Assembly (NCBI RefSeq): GCF_964194155.1
Contig: NC_135897.1
Coordinates: forward strand, 48,360,001-48,424,000
Source: Cetorhinus maximus
Taxonomy: Eukaryota
DNA length: 64,000 bases
Direction: 5' to 3'
Below the pieces are notes generated by a model. It was not told the origin of the DNA, made no database searches, and saw only the letters and a program-made list of their open reading frames with translations. Below are positions 60,413-64,000 of the stretch, in pieces. The first letter of the stretch is position 1; each line of letters opens with the position of its first letter. The translations under genes were made by a program, and so were the position numbers.

Positions 60413-61058
60413 GGGCAGAATTAATGCCCTCCCCCTTGGCGAGTTTGGGGGCAGGGGCCATTTAATCAGGCAGAAGGGCGGTGGTGGGGACCCCAGCACC
60501 TTTGCACCACTGCCTGGATTAAGTCTGTGGCAGGAAGGCCCGTGGAAGGTCTTCCCACCCCACACTAATAGAAGCCCTTAAGTGAGCAATTGCCCATTTA
60601 AGGGCCTCATCCCACCACCACTGGCATTCATCCAGCAGCGGACAGAGGACTCACCATACAAGAAGCCTGAAAAGCAAACCCTGTCAGGGTTGCTTGCGGG
60701 CTCCCAGGGGGTGTCCCTCATTCAAAGGCATTCAGTGCCCGTTCAAGGGACCTGGCATTGAGAATGCGAGGCCCACTGAGAGGCAGCCCCTTGCCCTTGC
60801 TGCTGACCACCCTGTGACCACCTGTCATCATTCTTCAGTTGTGCCTAGGTCCACTGGTGATCCTAGGCCTCGGGTGGGTGTAGTCCCAGCGGTGCCACCT
60901 CCCCAGTGGTGCTTTCAAGCAATGAAGAGCTGCTGGTCTTTGATCATGGGAAAGACCTGCTGCAAAGTTAAGTGCCTAATTGGCGCTTAATTTGACGGGC
61001 CTTCCCAAAAAGAGGTGCCATGGGGCTCTACCCCCGTCACCTCCATCAAATATTGCCC
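60413..61058 (-). mobile_element. Harbinger-type MITE, family B
   Basis: Ends gggcagaatt / aatattgccc; TSD ata; reverse homologue of 25388-26084. Confidence 0.78.
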
Positions 61059-61094
61059 ATACTAGCTGTCATTTTTGAAAAAAAGTGAGTACAA

Positions 61095-62813
61095 TCCACT
61101 GATGATTTCTGTATCACCCTGGCCCTGGCCTGTGTTGGAGGTCCATCTGTGGTAGGCTAGCTGAAGATACATTGGTTTAAAGCCTCCCGGGTGTCCCTGC
61201 CTCCCTGGAGGATGCCTGGGTCAGCATCTACCCCCTCAGCGTTCTCCTGCACATGCTCATCCTCGGACCCACTATTGGACTCATCATGTACAGCCGGAGC
61301 ATCTGCGTCTACATCTTTTTCCTCCACTGCGACCCCCCTTTCCAGCACCAGTTTGTGGAGAGCACAGCATGCAACCACTATCAGCGACAGACGATCTCGG
61401 GGGTATTGGAATGTGCCCCCTGAATGGTCCAGGCATTGGAAGCGCAACTTGAGAAGACCGATGGTTCTCTCTACCACAGCCCTTGTGGAGGCTCCTATTG
61501 TACCGCTGCTCAGCCTCTGTTCTTGGATGGCAGAGGACTGTCATGAGCCACCTTCTGAGGGGATAGCCCTTGTCACCCAGCAGCCATCCATCCAGCCGGG
61601 CTAGAGCACTGAAGAGCCCCGGCACCTGGGAGTGTCTGAGGATGTAGGCGTCATGAGAGCTGACAGGGTACCTTGCGCAGACTTGCAGAATCTGCATCCT
61701 ATGGTCACACACTATATGCATGTTCATGGAGTGGAAGCCCTTCCTGTTGACAAAGGCACCTAGCTCACCCGCTGGCACCTTGATGGCCACATGTTTGCAG
61801 TCTATTGCACCCTGGATGCAGGGGAACCCAGCAATCGCTGCAAAGCCTCTGACTCGCTCTGTCTAGCTGGCCTCATCCCAGCGGTAGTGGATGAAAGTCA
61901 ATGCATGCCTGAACAGAGCGTCTGTCACCTGCTTGACACAAGTGTGGACAGCTGACTGGGAGACTCCGCAAAGATCACCCACCGACCCCCGGAAAGAGCC
62001 AGAGGCATAGAAGTTGAGGGCAGCCGTGACTTTCAACGCCACTGGCATGGGCTGCCCACCCACACAGTTGGCGCAGATCTCAGGGCCTATCATCTGACAT
62101 ATGGAGGTCACTGTCTCCCTTGAGAAACGGAGCTTCCTTCGGCACTGCACCTCAGACATATTGAAGTAGTTGCGTCGCCGCCCGTAAATCCTGGCAGCAG
62201 GATAGTGTCGTCTTCTGCAACCCCTTCCGCCTTGGACTTCCTGTTGGCCTGTGCCCCTTGTGCCTGTGCCTCTCCTCCCAAAGGTGGCTCCCTCCAGTGG
62301 ATAGCACAACCCCCATTCCCAGGCTAAGGGGAGGCTTCCTGAAACCAGCAAGACCCCAAAAATGATATTTACTCCAGAGTCCTGACCTGAAGGCTGTTAC
62401 TCCTGTCCAAGCAGCTGTGAAGAGTTTTGAAGTTTTCCTGCTCACACAGGCAATTAGCAGTAAGTTTAAGCATTAAATGTCTGACAAATAGCACCCACGA
62501 CCCCACTCACCCCTCTTATCCCACCCATGGATGAGGTTTATAAAAATGTGACCTACCTGCCTGCCTGTTGCGCCCATGCGACGACCTGAAGATCGCACGG
62601 ACCCCGAAAAATCGGCGTCAATTGCTGCCTCAAGGGCCTTAAGTGGCCCATTAATTAATGGCGGGCGCGCATCAGTGATCAACATGCATCCGCCCACCTA
62701 AACACCGCGATAGCACACAGTGCCATTGGGACACACGCCCAACGTCACTGTGCATTATTTTACAAGTCGGTGTGTGGGGCCCGCCCCCGCACACCGACTT
62801 GAAAATTCTGCCC
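61095..62813 (-). mobile_element. Truncated Harbinger transposon sharing its terminus with family A MITEs
   Basis: TIR aaaattctgccc ends at 62813, and 62470-62813 resembles the MITE arm. The other end is missing. Confidence 0.8.
61157..62351 (-). pseudogene. PIF/Harbinger (HARBI1-like) DDE transposase, disrupted
   Basis: KVTAALNFYASGSF, GAIDCKHV, NRKGFHSMN, SSHDAYIL, LLGDKGYPL, VVERTIGLLKLRF and ACCALH. In-frame stop at ~61863 and frameshift at ~61490. Confidence 0.92.
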
Positions 62814-64000
62814 CATATTTTACCACAGGGGATTGTATTTTTTATACAACTGTCATACCATTTGCTTTCCTTTTTTCAAGCTTATTAACTTCAAGTTTTA
62901 TCATTCAAATTCTAAACCTCTGCTACTACCATCAACCTTCCTTCTTTATTTACCACTGATAAACTATGCAAACAGGATGAAAGAGTGTGATAAGGATCAT
63001 GATGAAAATGTTACAAGCTGGTGAAGTAGTATGTTGGTTATCTGGCACCACGTACCATGCAATGGTGATATGTAGGTTCATACCAGCAATTTCTTCCACT
63101 TTAATTTTCTGAATTTTGGTTGTCAAAGATGTCAAGTGGAGATCAAGTGGTTTCCTCATGGGAGGGTAAGAAAACTGAAGCACATACAACTGTACCTTCA
63201 CAACTATCATGCAGCTTGTACTAATTGATTACAGTGTAGTATTAATTGGTTATGAAGCAGGTATTAGCAATTACCTAAGAGCAAGAGGTTTTTCACCTCA
63301 GCCACCACCTATCCCCAATCCCCCAAAATGGAACTGTTCAGTATGGAAGCAGCTAAAAGAACAGAAACGTTACTAAGATACAAAGAATACAAAACAGCAC
63401 AAGGGACAGGAGCTATGACATTCATTTAAATACCTGGTACTACAGAACTATGGATTATGTTTCTGTATGTCACAAGATTTTCAATAGAAGCTTAATGTAG
63501 TTATGTCATTGAGAATTTCTTTTATTAATGGTTCATATTAAAATTGAATTGATCAGTTATTCAGCTGAATCAACTATTAGGTTTGTGCTAATTGCTTTTA
63601 AGAGCAGCTATTCCACACTATACGTTCCATGCTCATCCTTGGGTATATGAAGACATCTTACTCAAATGCACAAATTGAACATTTTCTTTTAATGCTTTCA
63701 TTGGATTCCCCCCAGCTAAGAATACAATAGTTTTTTTTTGTATGTGAAAGTACAATGTGAACTTTAGGGGTAATGTTAGAAAATTATCCTCATAATCAGC
63801 AGTCTTACCTACACATTAGGAATTTAGATGCATAATCCTCACAATGCCCATCCATTAATTATAAAATTGTGAGCTAAATGTCATAAAACCACCTATGTTA
63901 CTGTATTAATAGAAATAATATATTTGTGTCTTGGCATCTTAATTGCTCTTACATTATCTTAAATGTTATAATATATTCTGCTAAATATGCTGTGTATATA

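Noticed and set aside
61157-62351. Domesticated HARBI1 host gene
   Set aside because: It has a stop and a frameshift and is attached to a TIR, so it is a transposon copy.
59758-64000. Upstream Cys-rich exon of the V2R gene
   Set aside because: No CSxxC/CCFxC-type exon was found on the minus strand; it presumably lies beyond the window.

Overview
This is repeat-rich vertebrate genomic DNA, probably from a cartilaginous fish (inferred from the repeat content and the receptor type; not verifiable here). The only confidently identified host gene segment is the terminal 7TM exon of a class C GPCR, most like V2R family C (Vmn2r1/OlfCc1), at 58763-59757 (-). Most other recognisable features are mobile DNA. 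(1) An apparently intact Neptune-type Penelope-like element (PLE) has a 917-aa RT + GIY-YIG ORF, direct pseudo-LTRs, a 13-bp TSD and a minimal hammerhead ribozyme (HHR) motif in each pLTR. (2) Several truncated or fold-back PLE derivatives carry HHR variants and 12-16 bp TSDs. (3) PIF/Harbinger material includes a decayed transposase, an intron-containing Myb/SANT gene and many ~700-bp MITEs with 3-bp TSDs. (4) There are CR1 and other LINE fragments and a 36-bp minisatellite. The least expected result is a CpG-island-like promoter at about 12.7-13.1 kb, followed by candidate + strand exons of an unidentified gene. An inverted, CpG-decayed paralogue of it sits at 33.1-34.8 kb and holds a single unit of the minisatellite. 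All alignments and coordinates were read by eye, so boundaries of degenerate elements are approximate.
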